Shown in pieces: positions 1-10,935 of a DNA stretch of 64,000 nucleotides; position 1 is the first letter of the stretch, and each line of letters starts with the position of its first letter. This DNA is from Flectonema sp. DT1601. Its lineage: Eukaryota. A program made the position numbers and the translations under genes. The stretch is taken from assembly GCA_964019425.1 (NCBI GenBank), contig OZ025796.1:434001-498000 (forward strand), written 5' to 3'. The notes beneath the pieces are model-generated. The model made no database searches. It saw only the letters and a list, made by a program, of their open reading frames with translations, and was not told the DNA's origin.

Positions 1-10
1 GGATCAACAG

Positions 11-1210
11 ATGGAACTAAAAGAAGGTAATTTAGTACGAACAATATTTAAAGACCCGAATGGAAATTGGAATAAGGGACTTGTGTCTGACACTCAATCA
101 GCTTTTTATCCAGCTAAGTTTGTAGCACCGTTTCCACAACCGAGATTTTTACACCAAGCTGCTTCAACAATAAAAGGATTGTTTATAGCAGGTGGACGTG
201 ATAAGACGTTACCGTTAAAAACTGATGACGAACCAAAAGCTCAAGAAGACTGCTGGCTGTTGGACTACAACTCATATAAGTGGACGGAAATTGAACTTCC
301 GCCAAACGCGAAAAGTTCATTAGTAATGTCAAAGGGAGTACCTCAGGTATCGAGTATTATTGGTGATAATATAACTGTTGTACTTCCTTGGAAGCGTCTA
401 AGGTATTCATACAATGCTGTTGGAGATATGAGCAATCCAACTGTTACGGAACTAAATCATACTAGTGCACCGAAATCTGTTGACGATGAATGGGATCCAA
501 CCCCAGAAGTAGTTCACACTAACACCAACCTTAGTACTGATAGACGTACTGGTCCTGGTCCTGGTGGTGGTGGTGGTGGTGGTCCTGGTGGAGGTAGAGA
601 AACACGAAGGGAATCTGATGACCACTCAAAGAGTAGATCGTCTAGTAAAAAAACAAAAAAAGGAAAGAACATTGTTGTTTACGTTATCGCTAATAAGAAT
701 GAATCATCGCCCACTGCATCAAAAAATATCCCTTCTCCAGGATACGAAAGACATCTTTCAAGTAGCTCAAGTGATGATATCACCAGAGGAGAGAGAGTGA
801 CAATGCCACCGTCAGTTCGTAGTGATAGTGTGGTAGGGTACCAACAATCACCAAGAGCTGGTTATTATCAATCACCTGGCAGGTACTACAGAGCTGGTGA
901 GGAAGTCTTACAGCCAGCTCACTTAGCACCTTGTCCGGGAACGTCTACTTCACCTCCGAGGTCACGTCTTCATCGAATTAATGAAGGTAGTCGTTCCCCT
1001 CATTGTTCACATTCACCTTCAACTGAAGTGTATCAATCACCCTCATCACCTAAAGGATTTTATCCGAACTCTGCTCCTTCAGTTAGAATAGATCAGTCTG
1101 GTTTACCTCAAATTCAACAAAGTAGAGAGAGGCAATTACGTGTTACGAATCTTTCTCCAGCTCCTCCTGAGCGCCCATCACATGTTCCTCCGGGTGGTGT
1201 TTATAACTAA
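11..1210 (+). CDS. Kelch-repeat protein with a Ser/Pro-rich disordered C-terminus (possibly 5'-truncated by the window edge)
   Basis: Kelch-type blade PRFLHQAAST...LFIAGGRD...DCWLLDYNSYKWTEI followed by a low-complexity tail; the frame is open to the window start. Confidence 0.65.
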   Translation: MELKEGNLVRTIFKDPNGNWNKGLVSDTQSAFYPAKFVAPFPQPRFLHQAASTIKGLFIAGGRDKTLPLKTDDEPKAQEDCWLLDYNSYKWTEIELPPNAKSSLVMSKGVPQVSSIIGDNITVVLPWKRLRYSYNAVGDMSNPTVTELNHTSAPKSVDDEWDPTPEVVHTNTNLSTDRRTGPGPGGGGGGGPGGGRETRRESDDHSKSRSSSKKTKKGKNIVVYVIANKNESSPTASKNIPSPGYERHLSSSSSDDITRGERVTMPPSVRSDSVVGYQQSPRAGYYQSPGRYYRAGEEVLQPAHLAPCPGTSTSPPRSRLHRINEGSRSPHCSHSPSTEVYQSPSSPKGFYPNSAPSVRIDQSGLPQIQQSRERQLRVTNLSPAPPERPSHVPPGGVYN

Positions 1211-1301
1211 TAATTGTAATAATAAATCTGAGTACACATCCAAACATGTCTAAGCGTCCCTTTAACGGGAAAGCGAAAAATGAAAAAAAAATTTTTTTTT
1301 T

Positions 1302-1404
1302 GTACTAATAAACCCAGTGTTCGTTTACTAGGATTTCGTACCGGGTTGCGCACAAACAAAACAAAGGTGTGAGTAAGAAAGTAAAATACGAAGTTTGCCG
1401 ATTC
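1302..1404 (+). repeat. Diverged solo A-B terminal repeat of a YR-retrotransposon sister family
   Basis: Flanked by T-tracts. CGGGTTGCGCACAAACAAAA...GAAGTTTGCCGATTC resembles repeat B of the 36838-40758 element. Related copies lie near 13975-14116, 15859-16002, 22479-22600 and 59998-60087. Confidence 0.7.
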
Positions 1405-1718
1405 TTTTTTTTGGATACTAAATCCAAGACAATGAACTGAAACTGTTTCACATCCTGGGATTGTTTTTTTTTTTTTTTTTTTTTTTGTAATCTCTTGCAT
1501 TGATAATTTATTTTAAGTTACTTTACTTTGAACTTTCAGTGAGTATTAGTTTTTTTTATGCTGACTCTCCCGAATTAAAAAATAAAAAAAATAATGGTAA
1601 TAAAGCTCAGGGCTTGTAGTAAATCGCTGTTTAGTAAACTTTTTCCTGTAATGTGTTGTATTACTTGTTTCCCTACGAACAAAGGGATTCCCCCCCCTTT
1701 TTTTTTTTTTTTTTTTTT

Positions 1719-1828
1719 GCAATTAACAAGTATTGTAAGAACGAAAAAGAATGTTGGCAGCACACGTAAACTTTCTTTAGCTTTATCAGTTTAAGTCGGT
1801 TCACGGGTTTCGTGCACACAACCAATTC
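1719..1828 (+). mobile_element. Solo/non-autonomous derivative of the YR retrotransposon (repeat A plus an internally deleted repeat B)
   Basis: Near-identical to repeat A (36838-36922), followed by the start and the end (CCAATTC) of repeat B; T-tracts on both sides. Confidence 0.9.
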
Positions 1829-2157
1829 TTTTTTTTTGTACCGACGTAGTCGGAGAAGAAACTATTCAGATTGAGAACGCCGGTATTTCTTATCGTCATG
1901 ATTTATTTTCCCCCGTGCGACAGGATTTTGTCTGCGTTCGACGAAATATACGGCTAATCTGAAATGTTTTTTTTTTTTTTTTGTTGTAATTAAAAAAAGA
2001 GTTCTCCTTTAAAAAATTATCTTTGAGTAGCGTCACAGGTTATATCACAATATAGATTTATGAAGGGGATGTGTGTGTTGTTGTTGTTGGGTTATTTGCT
2101 AGCTTAAGTCGTGTTTGGTTTTATTATTTTTGTTTAAACAGAACCGCTGCCATCAAA

Positions 2158-3060
2158 ATGCATCTAAGAAGTGCTAGAACAGCGTTGGGGTTACAAAAGA
2201 GATGCCTAACTCCGATGATCGCTATAACTGGAGTGCCACTTCCAATGGCAAACAGATCGAGTGGATCTCGTTCTTTTGTAGCGTGGGAGACTGTTGTCCA
2301 AGCGAAGGATCAGAGATCAGTCGAAAAGTTTGGTCCAGGTGGTGAGAGAGCATCATTCGCAAAGACTTCCGACCCAGGTATCGATGCCGCTGAATCTGTT
2401 ATATTCAACTCTTACCCTGAGGGATCTGTCGTAGCAAGAAACGACAGGCATGGTAAGGACACTGAGAAAATGCTTATGGGATACCCTTTCACTGATGAAA
2501 CCTACGTAAAGAAGTACTTAAAACCTCGCACCACTGATGACTACGAACGTCGAGTAAAGCATTACGCCATGTTAGCTGTACCAAGATCTATTGGTCTCTT
2601 CGCTACTAAGTCTATGGTTTGTGGAATGTTATTATCATTTGGTCCTCATGCGGACATGAAGGCGTTAGCGAGTGTTGAGGCTGATATCTCAGGTCTTGAA
2701 GATGGTGAAGTAACGGTTGTTGTTTGGCAGGGAAAACCATGTTTCGTACACAAGAGAACCGCCGCACAAATTACTGAAGCAGAGAACACCCCTCTTGAAG
2801 GTCTTCGTGACCCACAGACCGACGAAGCTCGTCACAAAGATAAAAACTACGCTGTCATGATTGCTATTTGCACTCATTTGGGTTGTATTCCTGTCTTTGG
2901 AGAGGGTGACTACCGCGCATACTTCTGCCCTTGCCACGGTTCTCACTACGACTTGTCAGGCAGAATTAGAAAGGGTCCTGCTCCTCTCAACCTTGAAATC
3001 CCTCCTTACTACTACCCTGAGGACGGTATCTTGTGCATTGGTCTTGATGCTGCACCATAG
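2158..3060 (+). CDS. RIP1: Cytochrome bc1 Rieske iron-sulfur protein, mitochondrial
   Basis: CTHLGC and CPCHGS Rieske motifs, WQGKP, GPAPLNLEIPPY. The ATG at 2158 follows an AG acceptor near 2140 and begins an Arg-rich presequence. Confidence 0.97.
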   Translation: MHLRSARTALGLQKRCLTPMIAITGVPLPMANRSSGSRSFVAWETVVQAKDQRSVEKFGPGGERASFAKTSDPGIDAAESVIFNSYPEGSVVARNDRHGKDTEKMLMGYPFTDETYVKKYLKPRTTDDYERRVKHYAMLAVPRSIGLFATKSMVCGMLLSFGPHADMKALASVEADISGLEDGEVTVVVWQGKPCFVHKRTAAQITEAENTPLEGLRDPQTDEARHKDKNYAVMIAICTHLGCIPVFGEGDYRAYFCPCHGSHYDLSGRIRKGPAPLNLEIPPYYYPEDGILCIGLDAAP

Positions 3061-3389
3061 AAGTCATTTCTCGTATTCATTATTTTTGTGATGTTTGTTT
3101 TTTCCGGCTGGTGTTAAACAAGCTCCTAACTCAGTCAGGGAAAAAAAAGGAAGAAAAAAAACAAAAAAAAAAAAAAAAAAAAAAAGGTGAAGTAGTGTAT
3201 GGGAACGGGCAGCATTTTTTTTGTTGTTTCGTTTTGTGTGTGTTTTGCTTTTTTTTTTTTTCTTTATTTGCCAGTGGTCTTTTGCTCCCCTTTTCCCTCC
3301 GTTCCTACATGTTTTGTTTTCCCCCATTCATTTTTCCTTTATCAAAAAAAAACTATTAAAAAAAAAAAAAAAACAGAAAAAAAAACAGC

Positions 3390-3425
<36 letters not shown>

Positions 3426-3978
3426 ATTTTCAGTGTGGTACACTAATCAGCATCACATTCGGAAGAGAGAAGTGTACAACCACGGACGGCACGGCGTTGC
3501 TTACCACCTGAGCGATACATGTCAAAATACTATCATTCTCTTTGTTAATGACTACCAGATGTGAGTACTGATTGGTTGAGTTACCGAAATCTTCCCGATT
3601 TTATGCTATTTTATCCGTTTTTTTTCTTTGTATTTGGAACGGGGTTTACTCCCTTTTTTTGTTTCTTTCATTCAATTTCTGAGTGGAAGAAAGTTGAAAA
3701 AAAGAAATGAGGGGAAAAAAAGAAAAAAAAAAAATTCAGGGATTTTCACGTGTTTATATTATTCTTTTTTTTTGGGTATCGGGCAATGCAGCTATGGAAG
3801 AAAAAAAAAAAAAAAAAAAAAGAACAACGAATGAATAATCAGTGGTGTGTTCATTTTGTTTTTATCCGAAAAAAAAAAAAAAAAAAAAAACTGTTCCATC
3901 TGAACTAAATCAACATTAAAACTATTTCCACTTTTTCAAAAAAGTTACAAAAAAAAAAAAAAAACACCACTCTATGTA

Positions 3979-5274
3979 ATGAAGGAACTTGGTATATTAA
4001 AAAAGAAGTCCACAAATGACATTATCACTAAACTGAATGACTTGAGTAGACTGCGAGAGATAAATATGCTAACTGAAGATGAATTCCAACGGGCAAAAGA
4101 TAAACTTCTTTCGGTAAAAGCCGCAGCGATTACTGAAAGTGAAGGCGGGAAGAGAGGGAGGGAGACATTACCGAAGGCGAGGACTAACAAGCAAACGTTA
4201 GTATCACCTCCTCCTCCGATGGGAGGGAGAGCGAGACATCAGTCACCGTTACCACCAAGTCCAATAGTTACTGCAGATATCTGTGATAGAGTTACTGGAG
4301 CACCACCACCTCCACCTCCACCACCACCACCAGCTCCGAGTGTTATCGGCAATCGAATCTCGTTCGGGAAGGTGATCCTTGAACCTCTTGATATCCAATA
4401 TCAAAATACACCATTAAATCATAATAAAGAATCTTCTAATGACGATTGGGGATACGGACGTTCAATCAAACAACAGGTTGTTGAATCTGTTCGCAATCAC
4501 ATTCAGCAGTCACACTCTCGATCAGCATCACCAGCCAGTAGAGAAAATCATAGCAGTGCCGTGATCGCTATCCCCCCATCACCAAAAGAAGAGATCTTAT
4601 CGCGTAATACTTATTCTTCTTATTTGAGAGTACCATCGCACACTCCAACGGAAGACCGCTCATTAGAAGAAATGATTCATGTTGCTCAGGCACATGCAGC
4701 TCAAGCAGTTATAACTAATCACTTAAAATCATTATCTCCTATCAATCCGACACTTGTAGGAGAGCATGCTGCTGTGCAAGCACTCAGTGATGTGAGGTAC
4801 TCAAGTTGCACATCGATACCTGAAAGTGGTTGTATTGACTTACGTAATTATGGATTGACTGGTTCTGTTACTAACTTGTTTAATACTAATAAAGACACCC
4901 ATCCTGTTAGTGACGTACCTGTAGCTACCTCAGAAATAGTAATTAATAACTTGAATTCATTCTCTCCTACTAACCCGACATTAGGAGGAGAGCATACTGC
5001 TGATATGAGGTACTCAAGCAGCACATCGATACCTGAAAGTGGTTGTATTGACTTGCGTAATTATGGATTGGGAGGATCGATGATTAATGTTGTGCCTGCA
5101 GCTACCGCGGAAAAAATATCATCCAGACCTGCATTTCAAAGTGATATTAAAAATCCACCAACCTTGAGACCTGTTCTTCCAGTCAACGTTGATAAGCTGC
5201 TGGCCGCGAGTATCGAATTTGAGAAGTCAGCGAGGAGTGGCAGGATGAAGCAACAGCAACATCGACGACAGTAG
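3979..5274 (+). CDS. SHOCT-like domain protein, Pro/Ser-rich, with an internal ~40-aa duplication
   Basis: N-terminal LNDLSRLREINMLTEDEFQRAKDKLL fits the SHOCT pattern; a poly-Pro run; SPxNPTLxGEH...RYSSxTSIPESGCIDLRNYGL occurs twice. Confidence 0.65.
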   Translation: MKELGILKKKSTNDIITKLNDLSRLREINMLTEDEFQRAKDKLLSVKAAAITESEGGKRGRETLPKARTNKQTLVSPPPPMGGRARHQSPLPPSPIVTADICDRVTGAPPPPPPPPPPAPSVIGNRISFGKVILEPLDIQYQNTPLNHNKESSNDDWGYGRSIKQQVVESVRNHIQQSHSRSASPASRENHSSAVIAIPPSPKEEILSRNTYSSYLRVPSHTPTEDRSLEEMIHVAQAHAAQAVITNHLKSLSPINPTLVGEHAAVQALSDVRYSSCTSIPESGCIDLRNYGLTGSVTNLFNTNKDTHPVSDVPVATSEIVINNLNSFSPTNPTLGGEHTADMRYSSSTSIPESGCIDLRNYGLGGSMINVVPAATAEKISSRPAFQSDIKNPPTLRPVLPVNVDKLLAASIEFEKSARSGRMKQQQHRRQ

Positions 5275-5287
5275 TTTTTATATATTT

Positions 5288-7060
5288 GAGGCGGTGCAGA
5301 AACCCCCCCCCCCCCCCCCAATTTTTACCAGGCTATTCTGTGGGCACCTAATACCCAATCCGAGCTCACCACCCCACGAAAATACTATCCAAAAAACTCA
5401 AATCCGGTACTGGGGCATCCTCTAACTGCTCACCAGTTTCAAAATTCTATATTTTTTGACTGTTTCTGGTACTTTTGCCTTGTGTCTCTGTTGGTTGCCC
5501 CTCAAAATACTCAAAAACCAGCTTAGCAGCTACATTGCAGAAATTTGTTTACACCCTGGGTTCCTATGAAGACTGGAATGATAGGAACAGGAGAAGTGAT
5601 GAGACAGGAGAATCATAGATCCCGTGAGAACTGCAGAGTACGATATCGGGTGGTGATTCTGAGTCACCCTTGCTGGCAGTGATGATTGAGCAATGTGAGC
5701 ATGCTGTTCACAATAAGTACACCCTCAGGATTACTGGAGTTTTTCTAGAATCTATAGCCGCTTGAGGACGCTGCTACAAGCTCTATGTTCCAGTGGCTGG
5801 GGATAGCAGAAGTGAATAAGACCGGGATAGTAGTAGGAAAGGAATTGTGGAAGAATAGGGACAAGAAGGTGGAGTCAGTGGTTGCCTGTCAGTTGTAACA
5901 CCTGACATGAAAAATCAGGTTCAATAAGAACTGGTAACCACTAGTGGTACCATAATATAAAACTCCTCCAAGTATCAAAAAAAGGAGAGAGGCAGTTACT
6001 GTTGCTGTTGAAAACATGATGACCTCGTATCAACTAGTTAATAATAACTCCCTCTAAAAGACACTATCTCATACACACAGTACTGTTCTCTACCTGGAGT
6101 TGAGTTTCAGCAGTTACGACGCTGTACGAATGTGTGCAACTACCGTCTCATCGACAAGAATCCATGAAAGAAGCTTGCCTGCCCGGCATCTTCAGTATTC
6201 GCCACATGTATCTGTGATGTTGACAGACGTAATGGGTGGATCTCTGGGGCCTTCAACATCATCGTAACTTCCTTCTGGCGCTCATAAAGTCCGAAGCTGA
6301 GAAGCGAACAACAATGAGAGGAATTATTGAAATAGATTCTCACATTGGAGATAAGAGACATGTCAGGTGTATTGAGAAGATACATCTAATCCATCCTGGT
6401 GACTATATCATGACTCTGGATTATAAAGAAAAGGACTTCTAATGACAGAAGGGACAAATTCCCCTTTCTATCAACAGGGGAAATAGTCTGCTTGGATGTG
6501 TACTACATGAGCAGTTTGGAACTGAGGTTCAGTGTGGCCATAACAACTTCCTACTCCCACACATCAACCAGAATGCGATAGTAACATATCCGGTTATGAA
6601 TAAGTTCTTCTTGATGTCTGAGAATGATAAGATGATTCACTATTGGGCTGATGCTGGTAGGCACCTTGAGAACACAACCGTCATCAGCCTGTTCTGTAAA
6701 ATAGGTTAATCAGCTTGGGTTAACTTTTTCCCTAGTCGGCATGGCAAGTCCGAATGTGATCAACATTTTGGCAATATCACATCTGTGCTGACACTCGAAT
6801 CTAAATCGCAGGAAATCTGGGCCTTCAAGAAAAGCAAAATTTCAAACATAATTTCTACCAGTGCTACACAGCTTACAAGGCAAATGTTACTAGAAACAGT
6901 CAAAAAAGTGAAATTTTTAAACTGGTGGACAGTAAAAGGGTGCCCCAGTACCGGATTTGAGTTTTTTGGATACTATTTTCGTGGGGTGGGCTCGGATTGG
7001 GTGTTAGGTGCCCACGGGATAGCCTGGTAAAAATTGGGGGGGGGGTTTCTGCACATCCTC
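5288..7060 (+). mobile_element. Decayed Sola-type (Sola2-like) DNA transposon
   Basis: ~190-bp imperfect TIRs (GAGGCGGTGCAGAAACCCC... / ...GGGGTTTCTGCACATCCTC), a 4-bp TSD ATTT at 5284-5287 and 7061-7064, GAG...CTC termini, and internal transposase remnants. Confidence 0.85.
6236..6790 (+). pseudogene. Disrupted DDD transposase remnant
   Basis: Fragments IMTLDYKE, IHYWADAGRHLEN (6635-6673) and WVNFFPSRHGKSECDQHFG (6716-6772), separated by stops and frameshifts; HGKxxxD is typical of Sola transposases. Confidence 0.75.
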
Positions 7061-7816
7061 ATTTGTTTATTTTCTTTTTTTTTTTGTATGTTCAATAAGC
7101 AACAGTTATTTTGGAAGAAAAATTATTTAATTATTACACGCTTGCAAACGTTAAAAAGCAGTTTTTTTTTCTCTTTGTTTATTTCCTACAATATTATAGA
7201 AATCAGATAATTTTTTTATTCTTTTTTTTTTATATAAAGTCATTCTCTCCTGTAAAAGTATCGAGTCTGGTCAACAAACAAGCGTCTTAGTTGCCGTCTG
7301 TTTTTTGTTTTTTTTTTAAATATATTTTTTTATTAACATACTCTCTATTTAGTTTAACGACCTTTTGCTCGTTGAACCCGGAAAATGAGGGAAACAAAAA
7401 AAAGAAAATATAAAAATTCACCCAACCGGAATTTATTTGCAAACAGTTTTTTCTACAACCCCAACAGTGACTTGAATAGTTACTTCACAAAAAAAAAAAA
7501 AAAAAAAAAGGCTAAGCCAAGTCATCACCGTTAGTCCACTGGTATCTATAACAAATTGTCAAGTTATCGTTTTATGTTTTGATCCAGTTGTGTGTTTTTT
7601 TGCAAAGTCAAGCCATAAACCCCTGCAGTGCGTGGTCCACGGGGTCAATTTGACTTGACAGCATTTTTTTTTCTTCTTCTGGTAGTTTATTTGAAATATG
7701 TGATTTTGTGTTGACGGAATCCAGTTATAATAATTCATGTCTAATTAGTTGTGTGTTAACCCTTGATTTATTTATCCAAGTACCCTCTGCAATACTGAGA
7801 CTCAGTCTCAGTGTTC

Positions 7817-7985
7817 TGACTGACTGACTTCTACACCATAACTGATGATGAGAGAATAGAGGTAAAGAGGTATATGGATTAGTTACTTATGCTAAGTTGT
7901 GTATACAAGCTTAGCCAACTGTATCTAAAAACTGATGTTAAATTATCTTATTTATATTTCTTACGATAATCAGACGTACATCCCC
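7817..7985 (+). repeat. Degenerate copy of the hammerhead-associated short retroposon family
   Basis: GACTTCTACACCATAACTGATGA...GAGAATAGAGGTAAAGAGGTATATGGATTA matches 58876-59077; the GAAA segment is deleted. Confidence 0.75.
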
Positions 7986-8501
7986 ATGCAGTATTCAGAG
8001 GTCGTGGATGTTTTATTTGTTATGTTATGTAATCCCTCAACACATGTATTCTTTCATCCTTGATTGTTCTCTCCTTACTGGACTGCTTGTTGGAACACGA
8101 GAGACTGAAGTCACCTTTTTAGTTAGCTTTTTCCTGTAATGTGTGTTGTAATGCTTGCTTGTTTTTTTTTTTTTTTTTGTTGTAATTAAAAAAAAAAGAG
8201 TAATCGTCTTTAAAAAATTATCTTGAGTAGCGTCACAGGTTATATCACAAAATAGATTTATGAAGGGGATGTGTGTGTGTTGTTGTTGGGTTATTTGCTA
8301 CCTTAAGTCGTGTTTGGTTTTGTTCTTATCGTTTTAACAGAACTGAGTTATATCAAAATCCTTATCAAAGAAAAACTAGAAAATAAATTGCTGAAACTGT
8401 ACATCGGTATCTCTTTAATTTTTATTTTCTTACACTAGGACATAGAGGACAAAAAAAAAAAAAAAAAAAAAAAAAACGACCAAACCCACACTTCCACAAA
8501 G

Positions 8502-10847
8502 ATGTCACGAATCCTCACTTTACTTTCAATTCTGTCGGTGGTATTCTCAAATAGATTTGATGAATTGGCAGCTGTACAGAATGAGCAATGGTTGGCAATT
8601 CCACACAGTGAGATTGCTTCAAACTTTTCAATCTTTAAGCACGCTGGTATCTGTACTCTTAAATCGACTATTTATATTCACGGAGGATTAAATGAAGAAG
8701 AAGAACTGATGGATACCTTCGTACAAATAGATCTCGTCACTATGACTGCTTCTAACGTGACGTTAGCACCAAATTCACCGGCACCGTTGGGAAGGAGAAA
8801 ACACTTTTTATTGGCAGATGAAAGCAATGATCATTTATACCTACTTGGAGGTAAGGATACAGATGATATTAGTCCTTGGAAATTCAATACTCAAACAGGA
8901 GTGTGGACTCAATTATCTCATGATGCTCCCAACTACATCGATGAGAATATTGAAGATACCGATTACAGTGTTACGTCATTACCTGGGTACTTAGTCGTCG
9001 CTGGGTCAAAGGATGGTTTATCTGGTGATTATCTAGTTTACGCTAAAGAGACAGACGTCTGGCATCGTAAGCCTTCAAACACTGAAGCGACTCATATTGA
9101 AGATCCTGTTTTAGTATCATATCTGACTAAGGCTTACATCATAGGTGGTTCAACACAAACTCAATACCTACCAAATAGAACTGTTGTTATTGATCTTGCT
9201 GGTGGTATTGACGGTGCTGTTTGGGAAGAATTAACTGGTCCACCTGGTGAAGAATTTCAAGGTTTTTCAATGGGTGAACTTATAGGTGTTGTTGGTGAAC
9301 CAGGAGGAAAGGGTATCCTCGCTGCCAACAACGGAATTGCGATGGTCAACGTTACTGAAGGAGGAAATTGGACTTACGTTACTCAAGGGGACGTATGGCC
9401 ACCTTTATCAACTGATATTAGGATTACTAGTTATCATAATAAAGTTATCCTTCTTGGTGCTCTTATTGGTGAGGGTTTCCCTAGTAAAAACATGTGGGTT
9501 TTCGACCCAAATGTTTGTCCAAAGCAGTGCAGCAGTAACGGAGTTTGTAAAATGGGAAACTGTCACTGCGCGAAAAGTTTTTCTGGGATTGCTTGTGAAG
9601 TTGAAGAAAAGAACACAAACTTAACACCGATGATCACGGGTGTTGTTGTTGGAGGAACTGTGTTTTCATTGTTAGCAATTGCACTTGTTTGGAAACAAAC
9701 AACAAAGATGAGAGAATACAGAAAGTTATACAGCACATCAAGGATAGCTGAAGACATGGCCTCTCAGATTGCGAGAATGGAATTAGAGCAACTCGACTAT
9801 CTAATGCACATCCAACACCCGACTAGTACTCAGCAGAGTTTTCAAACAATTGTTGAATCATTAAAACTATACAGAAGTTACCTTCCAGAGTCTCTACTAC
9901 AGAGGGACTCTGATGGTGAATCAGATGCTGAATCTCACACTGCAAAGTCACACAAGTCTTTATCAAGGATTTCAAGCTCTGGTGCGAGTACCAGTGACAC
10001 TGCTTCACGAAAAGAATACCAAACAGGTGTTGTCGGAGTAGCTCTAACCAGAGGATTAAACAAACTAAGCATTAGAGAAGTAGCTGTCCTAAGAACTGTT
10101 ATTTCTCAGAAAAAAACAGAAGATTCTGACAGAAGGGTTCCTGGACATCTGAAAATAACAAAACGAACTGAAGGATCATACAAAGGATTGATTGATAGTA
10201 TTCAACAGGCTGTTCAGTCAACTAGGGGTTCAATTATCACTCTTGATGGCGATGTAGTGACGTCTGCTTGGAATTTCAACTTACAAACGGCAATACCGTC
10301 GACGAATGCTGCGGCTACGGCGTTTAAAATAGGAGTTGATGTGGACGATTTTCACGTTAGACACGCTGTCACAAATAAGAGTGGCTACTGTGGTACACTT
10401 GGAGGTACAAAGCTTCGATCACCAGTCTTAGTAGGACCTCACGTGAATATCGTTCAGTTGTTGCATAAGATTTCAGTTCACAGGAGTCTACCCGTTCTAA
10501 CTGATCTCAGGGAATTGAGTTCTAGTTACGGATTAAAGCCTGTAGATATCATAGCTTCAGGAGGATACTTGTCTTGTTCTGGTCCTGTAAGTCCAACTGA
10601 TGCAATGGTTGAAGTCTACACGATAGTTGAACAGAATTCTCAAGGGAATGAGTGGATGTATGAGTTAGACGCAATCAATGCTCACAATGAAAAGATTTTT
10701 GAAGCGATGGACATCTACAAACGATCAGGTGCTGTTCCAACACTCCAAATGATCAACGGCGTCACTGAGTCAGATCAGCCTCAGCTCCGACTCCTCAAGG
10801 AAACGATTGAGACGGCTGGTTCTTTAAAGCTTCATGTGCTTCACTAA
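8502..10847 (+). CDS. Type I membrane receptor: signal peptide, kelch repeats, EGF-like domain, TM helix, degenerate class III nucleotide cyclase-like domain
   Basis: Hydrophobic N-terminus; IYIHGG, LYLLGG and AYIIGG blades; CPKQCSSNGVCKMGNCHCAKSFSGIAC EGF; TM GVVVGGTVFSLLAIALVW; cytosolic GSIITLDGDVVTSAWN and CGTLGG...LVGPHVN; EWMYEL. Confidence 0.75.
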   Translation: MSRILTLLSILSVVFSNRFDELAAVQNEQWLAIPHSEIASNFSIFKHAGICTLKSTIYIHGGLNEEEELMDTFVQIDLVTMTASNVTLAPNSPAPLGRRKHFLLADESNDHLYLLGGKDTDDISPWKFNTQTGVWTQLSHDAPNYIDENIEDTDYSVTSLPGYLVVAGSKDGLSGDYLVYAKETDVWHRKPSNTEATHIEDPVLVSYLTKAYIIGGSTQTQYLPNRTVVIDLAGGIDGAVWEELTGPPGEEFQGFSMGELIGVVGEPGGKGILAANNGIAMVNVTEGGNWTYVTQGDVWPPLSTDIRITSYHNKVILLGALIGEGFPSKNMWVFDPNVCPKQCSSNGVCKMGNCHCAKSFSGIACEVEEKNTNLTPMITGVVVGGTVFSLLAIALVWKQTTKMREYRKLYSTSRIAEDMASQIARMELEQLDYLMHIQHPTSTQQSFQTIVESLKLYRSYLPESLLQRDSDGESDAESHTAKSHKSLSRISSSGASTSDTASRKEYQTGVVGVALTRGLNKLSIREVAVLRTVISQKKTEDSDRRVPGHLKITKRTEGSYKGLIDSIQQAVQSTRGSIITLDGDVVTSAWNFNLQTAIPSTNAAATAFKIGVDVDDFHVRHAVTNKSGYCGTLGGTKLRSPVLVGPHVNIVQLLHKISVHRSLPVLTDLRELSSSYGLKPVDIIASGGYLSCSGPVSPTDAMVEVYTIVEQNSQGNEWMYELDAINAHNEKIFEAMDIYKRSGAVPTLQMINGVTESDQPQLRLLKETIETAGSLKLHVLH

Positions 10848-10902
10848 GTGTGGTCTCTTTTTAATTATCCACCAGGTCGTCAAGTAGATATTTTTTTCGT
10901 CC

Positions 10903-10935
<33 letters not shown>

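Noticed and set aside
2071..2157. GTG-initiated N-terminal extension of the Rieske ORF
   Set aside because: It lies mostly in a repeated upstream module before the probable acceptor; the ATG at 2158 gives a normal presequence.
3064..3834. Short poly-Lys/poly-Phe ORFs here and throughout intergenic DNA
   Set aside because: These are translation artefacts of poly-A/T tracts.
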